In this document: one piece after another, positions 1-13,400 of the stretch
Position numbering within the stretch: position 1 is the stretch's first letter
Layout: each line of letters opens with the position of its first letter
Assembly: GCA_964304625.1 (NCBI GenBank)
Contig: OZ199838.1
Span: forward strand, 13,959,118-14,023,117
Direction: 5' to 3'
Source of the DNA: Kudoa neothunni
Lineage: Eukaryota; Animalia; Cnidaria
Length of the DNA: 64,000 nt
Notes under the pieces: generated by a model
What the model saw: the letters and a program-made list of their open reading frames with translations, nothing else
What the model was told of the DNA's origin: nothing
Database searches by the model: none
Position numbers and translations under genes: made by a program

Positions 1-3000
1 ATTTCGACAATATCCCAAATATTTTTTGAAATTTGGATGTACTCCTGACCAAAACGGTGAAACAAGGCCTTTCCGTCTATTATGCGATCGGTTATTAAGT
101 GATGAGTTAATGAAGGCAAGTAGACTGTAATCGTACACAAAAGTGAGACACTCCAGAATAGATGAAATGGAAAGAGATGTGGAGATTCAACTAAATGAAT
201 AACTGAATAACTGAGGGGTTAAAATCTCGAAAATTTTGGCTACAGTTGGATGAATCGACAGTTTGAGATAACGAAGTTTTGTCATTGGCTTTTGTACGAT
301 ACACTAAGATGAAGTTTTTTTATGAGAAACAACAATTGAAAGAGATATTCACGCCTAAGTTAAAAATTATTTAGATTCAAATGAAACTAGTTTCAAATTT
401 ATTATCCTACGTAGCTGGCGGTGCTGCAGTTATGATAGGCGCGAAAAATAAATGTCTGAAATTGTTGAAAGATGAGAATCCAAATATGCTAATAATTCAT
501 TGTGTGATTCACCGAGAGCATTCAGTTGCGAAGAATTTGTCTTCCGTTCTTAACCCATTCCGGGTTTTCGTTCCCTTTTCGGCCCCCATAGTCGCCTCTC
601 TAGGAATGTTAATAATTCGTCAATGAGTATTACATCATAATATATCATGTATTAATTCATTTTAAATTTAATTAAAAGTTAAATTTCAAATATGAATTCA
701 CATCTTTTGAGGTTACGTACTATATAGTAATTATGTTATACCGAGGTAGTAATTGAACAGCAATTTCGTAGAAATAATAAATTTAAAATTCTCACGCTAA
801 ATTATAATTTTAGAAGCTTAGTTAAATAATATTTTTTCAAAATAGGTCAAACCGTTACAGGGTTCAAAAAATATAAGCAGTATAGTACAGTGCCGAAAAG
901 GGAATGAAAACCCACTGACGTGCTACGTTCCAATTAATCGGTTACTTGACCTGGGTGCTTACACCTTCACAACGGCATACGAAAACATAATTGACACTGG
1001 TGGTGATGGTGAAAAAAATGTTGGTATTTTGACTGATGAAGAAGACCCCTTTCTTTCATGAGATTATGACAACACTGGCATCAGAACCATCCAGAAACAT
1101 GCGGTGAAGTAGAAACTTTGTCATATATTAAAAATGAACCATTAATATTAGTTATCGTGCCACGTAATGTAAAATATCCCAATCTAAAAGTTCATTTGTA
1201 ATTACCGTACAGTTAGTCAAAATAAATGTGGCATTATATATGAGGTTCAACAAGTAGGTATGAATGTTATGAAGTATTGTAAAAAAATCTATGAACTATA
1301 AAATATTCTAATTGACAAAAGGGTAAATTCACGTTAATAATAATTTTGAGCTTGATAAAGATGATAAGCTGTTCAAGGCGAGATCAATCAATAGAAGATT
1401 GACTAAAATTTAGATATTTTCACAACATCTTATCCGTTGATGAACAGGTGTCCCCGTATATTGGTCATCATCCGTGAAAATTGTATATGAATAGAAAGCC
1501 CGATCGTTTCGGTTTAAACATTGAGATTTAGCTTCTTCTGATGAGAGTATTTATATTTTCAATGTATATACAGAAAAGGCAGAAATATACACCAAGAATT
1601 TTGTCAAGCTATCCAACGACAATTCCAAAATTAATGAGGAAAAACCACCAAGGCTACTATGAATACTACAAATATTTTTTAGGTCGCACAATTGTTGTTA
1701 ATTGTGTTTAACGGAATAGTACAGGTCCTGTCACTTTTCTTAGCACTTCACTTATTGTTGAACCAATTCTACATGTAACACGTTACAGTAGGGCAAAAAG
1801 CGCAATGTGTCGGTCGAACATCCCCAAATTTCATACGTGCGACATGGATATGGGCAGTGTTGAGAACTGATAACGTAGAGAATTTTGTCTCTTGTTATAG
1901 AATAAGAAATCGCTCTAAAAATAGTAGTGACCTCATTTCACCGGCATGATATTGCTGGCAGAAGTTAACTCTTGCGAAATGCGTATTTTTCAAAAGAAAA
2001 ACTATCTACTAAATCATATTGGATAAATTGTAGCCAATTTGATGGTGCAAATTATTTTTAAATAAATTCGACGACTATCCATCATCCACCACAAATATTC
2101 ATGTTGTGTCATTATATAGTATTATGTAGTCGACCTGTGATGAGTACTAATGCCGAGAAGAGGAAACGAAGATGAGTTGTACGCCAAAAGAAGACTATCT
2201 ATTTTTGTCAAAGTTTCCCAAATTATATTCAAGTTTAAAGTTGGAGAGATTTTCATAATCAACAATAGTTTTTACTCTAATTGATATAAAACCACTTATT
2301 TTTCACACATACTCTGACACAACGTTTAATTAAAAAGTCGCACGTCGGTGGGTTTTCATTCCCTTTCGGCCCTTTGATAATTATTACATTTTCCTATGAA
2401 AATGTAATTTTTAATCAATAATAATTTGGATAAGTTATAAAAATATAGTTTCCAACTTATATTTTAAATTTTTGAAAAATTTGAACATTGGACCCGGAAT
2501 GGGTTAATGAAAGTTTAAAAAACGTAGTCGGATGTGTTCATCATATCAAGACGGAACGAATATTCGAACTATTTTGTAAGAAAAAAACGTCTGATTTTAT
2601 TCGTTTATCACTTTATATGGAAATGAGGTATCTATCAAGCAGAACTTGTTTGCAGAGATTCATAAAACTATTTGATCTTTTTGTTGAATTTCTCAAAAAT
2701 AAACTTGAAATGAGATTTTTGGAATCATCATTACTTTTTAGTCGTATCAAAAAATGTTATTCAATGTAACTTTGGTCATTTATATTGATTAAGTAAATGC
2801 GAGGTATCTCATCATGCATTGACCGTAATTATTGACCATGTGAATACCCTGATTACGGAATTCACTGAAAATTTTGGGGACTTGAAAAATTTGACCTTGC
2901 CAAATTAATGATGGTTAACCCAACCGTTATTAGTTGACCTTTCCGAAGCGGTGTTGAAGTAAAAGCAGGGATTATTAGAAATAAAAAATGATGAATGCAT

Positions 3001-3735
3001 CAAGTGATATTCAAGCTAAGAGAATGTATACGTGGCTATCAGAGAATGCTGGAAAGAAATATCCAAGGATTTCTATGTCAGTAAAAAGCGTTACGGTTTC
3101 CTTCACTCATCATTTTTTGTGGAATGCAGACTGAATGCCGTTGGAGTATTTTTAGACATTAAAGCAAATCCTCTTGATTTAACAAAGCGAGGAGACCTGT
3201 GGCTTAAACTATCAAAAATTCGCCTCGAATTATGGAATTGCGCCAATTACATCAAGGCCAGGATTCTCACTGCACGATTCGAGGTAATATAATTATTCTA
3301 TTTAAATAATTTATAAAAATCTAGGGTTATTGATATGAACCTAATTATATATTTCCTTGACTTGTTTTTTTATAATGATACATGATATTTTTTTTACGCA
3401 CTTGACAATTTAAATATAAAATATTGATAAAAGATTCCAATATAAAACACAGCAATTATTCGTAACAGCACGAATTAGTTTTAATTATTTAGAGATGATA
3501 AAATAACAAAAAGTTTTTTTATCAAATGTATGATCTTGTGTAATTAATACTTGTCAGTAAACTTTAATACTTTAGAGTTTTCTATTAACATCATTCAAAT
3601 GTTATTGTGATAGGAAACTTGATTCAAAGTTGTAATAAATTTTGGTTAGAAAATCAATACTTTTGACAAAAGTGGGGAACAGAACTTTTTTTAAAAAATA
3701 ATGGGACGTGATAGAAAAAAAAGTTGGGGATACCA
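1..3735 (+). mobile_element. Decayed Buster/ZBED8-like hAT transposon (5' part outside window), split by a piggyBac at 550-2507
   Basis: Fragments LQLDEST, GAAVMIG...IHCVIHREHSVAKNLSSVLN join ESLKNVVGCVHHIK after removing 554-2507; C-terminal fragment at 3032-3292; hAT-like end aagttggggatacca near 3722-3735; many stops. Confidence 0.8.
550..2507 (+). mobile_element. piggyBac (PGBD2/3-like) element with decayed transposase
   Basis: TTAA at 550-553 and 2504-2507; TIR CCCATTCCGGGT at both ends; internal inverted repeat 892-923 / 2340-2370; remnant SVDEQVSPYIGHHP...KPDRFG. Confidence 0.9.
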
Positions 3736-4277
3736 TTATAAAGCATAATTGGTTAAATATAACGTGAAAAGTTGCAACGGATCAATTTAACAGTGGATGC
3801 TTCATTTAAAATGTGTAGAGGAAAAAAGTTTATGAATAAATATAAAATTACTAAAGAGAGAAACCAATGAACAACACATGATCTTTAATAATTATTATAA
3901 TAAAGATCATTCCAAATATTACACATAGCTAAAGCCTTCTCCATTAACTGTTTAAAGAGAATCATTAAAAGTTAATGATTAAAGGTAGGTCATAAAAAAT
4001 AATTTATTTTAAAATTAAGAATTAAAAAGTGATTCAGTTTAATCAAAAATAATTTAAGAAACAAAATTATGTTAAGCCTAAAACTGGTGTTTCATTATAT
4101 TTTTCGCGCTTATCTCAACCCCAGTTAGCACAGAACAGTTTCAAAGACATCTGTAGTACAGTTCATAACAAACCAAACAAGAAAACATATTTTTTAAGTA
4201 GACTAGCGGTTCGTGTGATATTGAAATAAAATAATTAAATTATAGGTTTTTTTGTTTGCGAGAGACCGGTTCAAGTT

Positions 4278-5451
4278 TCACACATTTGGATAAATTGGGG
4301 AAAGGGTGAGACCACAATTATTTGTAGCTGAAATTCGGACAAACCCATTTTCTCCCCACTCTGGCCCCCAACTAATTTTAATTCAATGTTAAATAAAAGT
4401 ATCAATAAAAGTCTGAATTATTAAATACCTATTTTGGAGAATAAAATATTCTTCTTGGGTTTCGTCGTTACTTCCATATCCCACCAGTGTCATATAATGG
4501 GAAACCTCAACGAAATCTTCTTCACACGTGTAATCGTTGTATATGCCATTCTTATAATAGAGAAAACTCTTAAGATTAATGGTAGTTCCGACAATGATTG
4601 GCCCATGTGTGTCAAGAAAGTTTTTTATTGTCGTTATGTCATTTTTCAAGAAATCATATCCTTGGATTTTGTATACAGCATCGTATTCAACGCTCATTTT
4701 GTATTGATCTCCATCACAATCTTGAACCTGTAGTTACAATATGAGCTTATAAAGAGGAATATACCAATTACTTTAGCCTTATACGGCTTATATAGTTTCT
4801 CTTCCAACAGACCTAGATGTGTAGCGAACATTAAGACAATTTCAGGGAATCCACCCTTGCATCCATGAGTTATGTATCCACAATCAAGAATAAACTGCGG
4901 GCTGAGCGATACATTGATATTTTTCTTCAAATAAAACTGGTATTCCATTGTTGTCATCTAAGGGTCAATTAGAAAATTTCTGTAATCGATTTATACAGCT
5001 GCCATAAACCAGCCACCATTGCAAAATCCTTCATCCCTCATGACAAATGGAACATGCTGCGAATAGTCAATGTGGTTAGCAAGTTTTTCAATCTTATAAC
5101 TGTTGACGTGCTGAGGGTTTGTGAAATTTTTAATGCGATTTTTGTAGCTAACTTTCTCTCTCAATAAAGTCTCTTCGTCGTTCTAATAAAGAAGTAAAAA
5201 AACCTCGCTTAAATTGGTGTATTCACCAAATGGGCAAATTTGTTTAGTTTTAGCTTTAGTTTATCGTTTTTTTTGTTGAAACTAGTAATGTAATTTAAAT
5301 TGTTCACAAATGTGTTGTATCGACGTTGATCTTCCTCAGGATTAAACTTCAGAGAATATTGTTGCTTGTAACCTTCCCATAACATATTATGAGGTCGACA
5401 GGCACTGTTATGAGCATTCAACCAAATAACAATTCCAGTCAGTACCAACAT
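4278..5451 (-). CDS. Cathepsin L-like (papain C1A) protein, predicted catalytically inactive; 5 exons
   Basis: Signal peptide, ERFNIN prodomain, introns 5183-5226, 4958-4996, 4728-4771, 4372-4428 splice into one open frame; LSPQFILDC, GCKGG, SHYMTLVGYG, QNSWG present; active-site motif reads RDEGFCNGGW. Confidence 0.9.
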
Positions 5452-8400
5452 CAATTTTTAAAAATGATACGATTAAAATTTAATAATATTAAACATAAAT
5501 ACACAATATCTGGTAGTTAATCCGTTATTAAAACTGATAATATTTTATATAGTAACTTACTAACACTATTGGTTAAAATGTAGAATACTGGCCACATTTT
5601 CCGATTAAAGATAATAATTGGTTCGTAGATTAATCCTGAATTTTTGATGTTAACGTTATGCATTTGATACAATTTAACACCTAATGCTTGCAGAAAATAT
5701 GAATTTCTTATTCTTATTCTTATAGACATAGAATTAATAATAGACGATCGCTAGTGATGAAATATGACAATCAGTAAAAAATCATAGTCATCACACTTAA
5801 ATTTTAGGATAAATAAAGCATGCTTTACTCCATCGATTAAATGGTGTGGCCTGTGGAAATAACTACGAGGGGCTAGCAGTTATTTAAAGAGTATATTACA
5901 GCAACTATTATCGATAACAAATACTGTGCCGAAAATAACCTTCCGGTGGTGAAACGATGATAAATACAAAAAGTTAGAATAATCAACAGGTTCGATTTAT
6001 ATCGTGGTCGCTGATTTGGATTACGGCCATTATTCTACATCTTAACCTCAATATTTAATATAACGCTTCATTTTTGAAATTTCACTTCTTTTAACAACTA
6101 TATCAACGTAAATAATGTTCAGGTAAAACTGTCATAAAATACCTTAATCAATACGAACAAGCGCTGATTTTATTGCTAATATGCCATCCTATTCACTATC
6201 CGATACTTTAACGTACAAAAGAATCCAATATCAGCCTAAAATGTAAAAAATATGAAATAACTGCATAACATGTGCTGAGAGGTACAAAATTTAAGCAGTA
6301 ATAAAATGAAATATTGTTCTGATCCAACCTAATTTAATGATACAGTTTATATTTTTGACAAGCGTATAAAAAATCCACTACGTGATTATAATCAATATTA
6401 TTTATCATTAGGCGTATCTATTTATTTATATAATTAATACTGTTGGCATGGGTGTAGTTTAAAAGTTAGTCACGTTATTACGGTTCCTAATGTAGATGGA
6501 GAATACAGATAAACATCCATCTGATTTAAAAAATTTACTTTTTCTCATATCAGTGGGAGGTATTTGAAAGGCGCTGCCTATTGACACGGATGTTTTTAAT
6601 CAGAAATGGCAACAACGCTTGTGCACTGTCCATTTTTAATCCCAGTAACCTCTATTTATGGTCGATTTATAAAGTCCATCTTTTTGAATCTGCTGAATTT
6701 AATTATTTTTGGTCCATCGCTAACGCTCCTAGGGCTAAAAATAATGAAATAAAGTCAAAACTATACCTACTTGGATATTGTGATCCCTATCAATAACCAC
6801 TTCCTATTTGAATTTGGTAAAAATGGTTTTACGATTAGTCCCGACATTTATCAATTTATTTTATCACGCCAACATCCTTTTTCCTAATGTCATTAGGGAA
6901 TAATTTGTGTTAATCCTAGCAAACAAATCAAAACAATTAATTTATAAAAAAATCTTGTTAAATTAGATTTTATGACTTTTTCCATTGGAGATAAAAATTA
7001 ATACAGATTGCTAATATAAAAAAATTGAACCAATAGAACATTTCATTCGCGACTAGAGAATCTAGTAACAGAATTTATATTGTAGCATTAAAATACCGAA
7101 AATAATTATATTAATGAAATAATAACAATATTATGTTCACATTGGATAGGCCAGGTAGAACGGAGAATCAATCTAAAGGTTGCGGAAAAGTGTATTTCGA
7201 ACAATTTAAAAGTTTAAAAAAGTCATGGAAAAATAGTCGAGGCAAGGACAAGAAACCATATTTTATTCAATAAATGGGCCTAAACCAATAAGCCTGAAGA
7301 AACGTTTTATATTTATTATACTGATCCAGTGCAAGAACATGAAAAATGGTACATTTTAATAAAAATTCTTAACTTAATTGATTAAATTATTTCTGAAACT
7401 AATTTTCAAAACTCAAAGTAATAAAATTCATCCCGTGGTAAAAATGGTGCTGAATGAGTTTCTGTGAAGCTATTACGAATTAAAAGCTGTGAGCGAAATA
7501 CTATTCATCAATCAAAAGCTATATCGGCATATGCATCAAGCAGAACCATCCTCTTTAAGGAACAGTCATTAAATTTCTTTAGTAAAGTTAAGTTCGATCA
7601 AATAGGTGGCAATATGCAAATTGATCTTTAGGAACATTGAGACTAAACCCTTCATCCAGATAAATCAGACATCAAGTCCTTCTAGTTGCAATTTTTAACA
7701 CTATAAATATATATTTTCTGTTTATTATTAAAAATGTTAGTATTGTTTTATTTAAATCTATTAGCCAATAAAAATTCAAAGAAATATGCTGACTCAAAAA
7801 TAATATGAAACTTACTTAAACAGAGAAACATAAAATGTCGTTTTTTGGTTTTAGTTTTAATTATTATTTTGTTTTTGAAAATATCACAGATTACTTTATC
7901 GATAATAATTTAGACGAAACGAAAATTTTCTGTTAGGGACAGGGCGAATCGTCAAATTAATGCAATAATATCACAATAAAATTCAGTCTATTATGTTGAT
8001 TTAATTTGTTTTTTTAAGAAAATTTGAATACAGTTTCCAGTTGCAACTAGGCTAAAGAAGTTTGCTGAAACTGTGAATTGAATTTCAAGTTGGAAGAATA
8101 AATTGTTATAACATTGAAACGGCGATGTACACAACTCTAGAAAAAACTAATAGAGAAAATCCGGCTTCCTAAAAACGTGATGTTTCTTATATTGCAATTT
8201 GACGTATAGAAATGATTAAGGGTGTGTTTAAATTAGTTATTGACATTGTTACTCCCACCTATCGAAGTACAAAGTATAATTTGAATATTTCGAACGATAT
8301 TTAGATTTAATCTCAAAAAATATTATATGTTGAAGCAGTAATTGTTAAAAACATATATTACTAGAATTTAGCTGTTACATTAGACTACAAGAAAAAAGGA

Positions 8401-8499
8401 CCAGTCGACGCAAAAAATCCCAATCTAAAGTTTGATGAAAATCGTAATAATGTAATTCCATAATTTTTAGTTTAAAAGATGATTAGATACAATATTTAA

Positions 8500-9705
8500 T
8501 CACACAGGAACAGTAGGTAACATATTAAAACCACAAAGATTTTTTGCAGATATTTTTCCAAATCCGTTTATTCCCCAATCTCTTCCCCAACTAAGTTGCT
8601 CAAATAGAAATTCAACACATTAGATGAATGATTACCTATTTTGGAAAATGAAATAATGTTCTTGATATTCCTCGTCGAAACCATATCCAACTAAGACCAT
8701 TGCATGGTTGGTATCTTCGAAATCAGTGCTACAGGTATGATTGTAAATACCACCACTGTAGAAAAGGAACGATTTGGAATTGATAGTGGAGGCAATGGAC
8801 AATGGACCGTAATTGTAGAGCATACTCTTGAGTTCATCGACACTGCCACCTTTCACTATGTACCCAGATATATTGTAGAAAATAGCCCTGCTTAAATAAG
8901 CGTCGTTACATACCCCATCCTACAACCAAACATTATCAAATATTTATTATATAAATTTAAAAACCTTCATCTGATAAGGGTAAACGTTCTCATTAACCAA
9001 TCCATTGAGACGAGCGAAATCAAACACCATAGAATACTCACCACCATCGCATCCGTTATTTTCAGGCTCACAATCCATCACATATTGTGGACTTAATGTG
9101 ACCAGCTTGTGGTGGTGAATAGCATAATAGTATTCGATTGTAGTTATCTATCGTTTTAATAAATATGTGAATATACTGAACCAAGATTTACTCCAGACAT
9201 AGCCCAGCAGGATCCGCATGATCCCTGATCACGCAAAATCACCGGAAATCGCAATGCCCAGTTCAGGTGTTTTGGTACTTTTTTATACAAAGAAAAATCC
9301 TTATTTTCATAATACAATTTTGAATAATGTGATGGGTGCGTGTTTAAAGGTTTTCTCCGTCTTTCACCGAAAACTTCACTCAATTCCTAGAGGAAGGTTA
9401 AACGTCGCCAGGACTAGATAATTCGTTGAAAACAATACCATATGCGCAAATTTGTTCAATTCGACGTCACTAGAGTGATTTCTTAAATTAAAATCCTCAA
9501 TAAATTTTCTGTTGGAGGTAAAAATTTTGTATCGCTTCACTTCTTCGTTTGGGTCAAACACCAGTCCATGCTTTTTTTTGTGTATTTCCCAATGGGCATC
9601 AAAAACGCACCACGCGGAATGGCACCAAACAGCAGCGAGCAGAATAGTTATTAGCAGCTTGTCCGTGTCAACATATTTCGTCGCACCAACCATCACTAAT
9701 ATCAT
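8500..9705 (-). CDS. Cathepsin L-like cysteine protease (papain C1A), catalytic residues intact; 5 exons
   Basis: Signal peptide, ERFNIN, RDQGSCGSCW, LSPQYVMDC, GCDGG, NHAMVLVGYG, FQNSWG; same intron positions as the 4278-5451 gene; start may be 9693. Confidence 0.92.
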
Positions 9706-10404
9706 TCACCTCGTAAAATATATTTAATAATATCAGGTACTTAAAAATAATAGTTTTAAAATAATAGTCAGTATATTAAATGTTAAGAGCATTATAACTA
9801 TTTCAGTTAGGGTACCAATAAGAGAGTAATCCGTGGGTGAACATATAAAAATATTCCTAATTTTAGAAAACATAACAGACATGACATATGGTGATTTTCA
9901 TTGGTGAGATATAGGTTCAAACAGACACACTCTATCAAGGATTAATTTATTATTAATCTAATACGGTAGATAATCGATTTTCCGTAATCCCCCCGGGACC
10001 AGAGAAAAGTTACTGAAAATGCATCACTGATCGATTTTCCGTACTTTTTTGATGCATGCACAAACAATCAAAATATTTCGTGTTGATGTATGCAGAGGTT
10101 ACCTCCTAACTATTGTTGGGTGATCGTCGACGACGATAACCAGTTTAATAAAGTATTTTTCTAGCGACTTGCTACAATGTAATATAATTAAGTTCACTAT
10201 TATTAACTTTTCGAATTTTTTTATCCTTTTAACATTAATTTAAGAAAATCTGGTGGATATGCATTCAGATTGCTATCATTTTCAATTACGCAGTTTTTAA
10301 CCGAAATACTTTTGTAATTGGACTTTGAAAAAATTATTTTTTTATTGAGAGATAATAGTTAACTTGATGAATTATTTGAAAACTTCATGAATGACGTTAT
10401 ATAA

Positions 10405-13400
10405 TAGAGCTGGCCAAACCGTCACTCTTTGAACGTTATGGTGTGGCTCTCGAACAAAAATTCGTTGATTCAACATTTTTTAATTTCAATGATTGCTTTA
10501 GTTTAGAAAAATCCACAGTTGGAGCTATTTAATAGACTGAAGAAATGAACTCTTTAATTGTAACCTAGATAGTATTTTTGTCTAGGAAACATAGTCCCGA
10601 ACACTCATACTGTTTCAATATTTGATTCAAGCTAGAATTATTACTACAGTCGAGATTGGATATTGCGTGGGTTTCTGGGACAAAAAAAACCCATGCAATA
10701 ACAAATTTTTACGCAATATCCAGACCCTTGCGTGCGCACTGCGCGATAAAATACGATTTTTTCGTGTTTACGTCCGATGCCAATTAGTGAAAATCAATTT
10801 TTTATATATATAAATATATTATTTAATTAAATGAAATGTGATTTATCAAATTTTGTCGAAAAAGCTTGTAATTTTAGTTTGTCGGAATCTTTCTCTTGAT
10901 ATTTTTAAAACTCGGTCCATTATGGGATGTAAATCAAACAATTCCGTCGGATCCTCTTTAATAAAAGCTTCCCTCAGAACGTTCACTGCATTTTTCATTT
11001 GATTAATTGAAATTTTGATGTCTTCAATGATTGATTCGCTATCGTCAGATTCGTCACTTATGGGCAATAAGTCCTCATTATTTTCTTCCTCACATGTTGC
11101 TTCATAATCGTCATCAAACATATTTTCTGAATCTTCGATTTCATCCAGAAAAAATTAATTACGTATACGTTAAATATTACCTTGAGAACAGTTGCTGATT
11201 TGAGGTATCTCACTCACATCTTCTTGGTCTATAAACTGATAATAACTTTATTGTCGGAATTTTATTTAATACCTCCAAATATTTTTGATTTTTTAAAGCA
11301 ATTAATAATAATTTGCGGCGGAATAATGTCCCAACATTTAGTTAATGTTATCATTGAGTCAAGGAATGTATATTTTTTTATGATAGAATCTTCGCATAAA
11401 ACCATTCGCTCGGTCATTGAACTTTTGTACCTGCTTTTAAGGCAGCGAATGATGCCTAAATCAAGGGTTTGTAAAATACTAGTTGTATTTTTAGGTAAGA
11501 ACAAAAATTTGATATTTTCAAAGCAATCAATATTTTTGGATGGCCTGGACATTGGCCCAACAAAATTAAGACTTTTCTATTCTGATTTATCATCCTTCGG
11601 TTAAACTTTTTCATTATTTCTATAAATATACTAGAAGTCATCCATGCATTTTTTTGTGCATAATATTCACATGGGAGGTGTTTGACTCTTTTAAAACATC
11701 TAGGATTTTGAAATTTTCCGATAACAACTAATGGGAACTTAACCCATTTAAAGCTGAGGACAGTAAAACAGTCACCCTTTTTTTGGATAATTTTTTCCCT
11801 TAATCCCGACTTCCTCCTTTAAAACATAACTACTATTTTGTAACTGCTCATAATAAAGAGCAGTTTCGTCGATGTTAATAACGTCTTTTGGATTATATGC
11901 TCTGATCAAATCAATGTTCTCAATAATCCATGAGTCGACAGATGCAACATCTGCACTCGCAGCCTCGCCATGGAACTTTTTGAAAACTATCCCATATCTT
12001 GACTTGAACCCTGCAAGCAATCCCTTGTTGGCTTTAAAATTGGAAACTTTGTTTTCATTTGCAATATAAGAAGCCTTTTTGATAATGGCATCTCCTGACA
12101 GAACGTTACCATTCGACCGTTGTTTAACAAACCAATCATACACTTCATCGTCTATATTTTTGAATTTATCTTCGTGCGAAAGAATTCTATCAAGTGTTGA
12201 ATGACCTTAAATGTGATTTTACAATACTATTCAATAGAAGACTACTATAGCACTCAATTTAAACTTGGAAATTGTCATTGATTTCGCACCCTTCAACGTT
12301 TTTATTGAATTGTAGTAATGGATGATTTCCATTTTCTCTGAAATATTGCGTTGTTCACGGGACATAATGAAAAAACACTATCTGAATTAAACCAATTGAC
12401 CACAAAAAACCACGCAATAAAAAATTTCCACGCAATAACGAGACTTTTTGTATTAATAAATTTTTTTAAATTTTTTGTTAACAAATATTTTTACATTACA
12501 ATAAGATAATAACAATTTGAAAAAACTAAATTTCTCTCTTTAAAGGATAACTTTGAAAATCTCTAATTACGCAATATCCAGTCACGCAGTATCCAATCTC
12601 GACTGTGATGTTTTTCCATTACCAAAGTGATGGATATCGTAAGGATAAACACGCATTAAAGCTTGAAAAAGGAGGGTAGACAAATGTGAATGAGAATGGT
12701 CACAGACTGGCTCTTTGGTTAGTTTAGAAATGACCCAACTCGTCCCTCGGTGCAATTAAAATAACTCGACACGCGCTGTCTCGTAGCTGCGCCAATTATT
12801 TATTAGAATTGGAGCTTAAGTGACAATTCAAATATTATTATTGTATGAAAAAAGTTATGGATTCTTCAGATAAAAAAAACGAAAATATGATGACGGCAAA
12901 AGAATATTCAATCCAGAATGGGAAGAAGAACTTGCCTGTACCGTGATGAAGGAGGGGGGAGCGAGCCCTTGTGTCTTATTTACAATATGTTTTTAAATCA
13001 CAACAAAGCATTTAACCTGAAACGACATTATGAGAAAAATTACGGGAAATTTTCTCGTGATTATCCTTGAAGTCTCAAATAAGAACCAATAAGCCATGTT
13101 CTTTTAAGTCATCATTAAATAACCACCGGTCACTTTTGACGACATATTCCACCGAATCTGCTGTATCAACTGAAGCTAGTTTTATTATTTCGTGGAATAT
13201 TTCTCGTGAAAAACGTCCATATTCTGATGGAGAATTTGTCAGGAAGAATATTGCTGAAGTTGTTGCAATTTTAGATCCTAAAAACTGATGACTTCAACGT
13301 TTGATAGAACAAACACTAGTTTCTCGTCACACTATAGAAAGGCGAATCTCTCAAATTAGTGCTGATGTTTGCGATAAACTACAAAATGATCTGAAGAATT

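Noticed and set aside
5700-8450. Spacer between the cathepsins with coding-like patches (ORF 6581-6796)
   Set aside because: No recognisable motif, TIR pair or TSD; probably very old TE debris but unassignable
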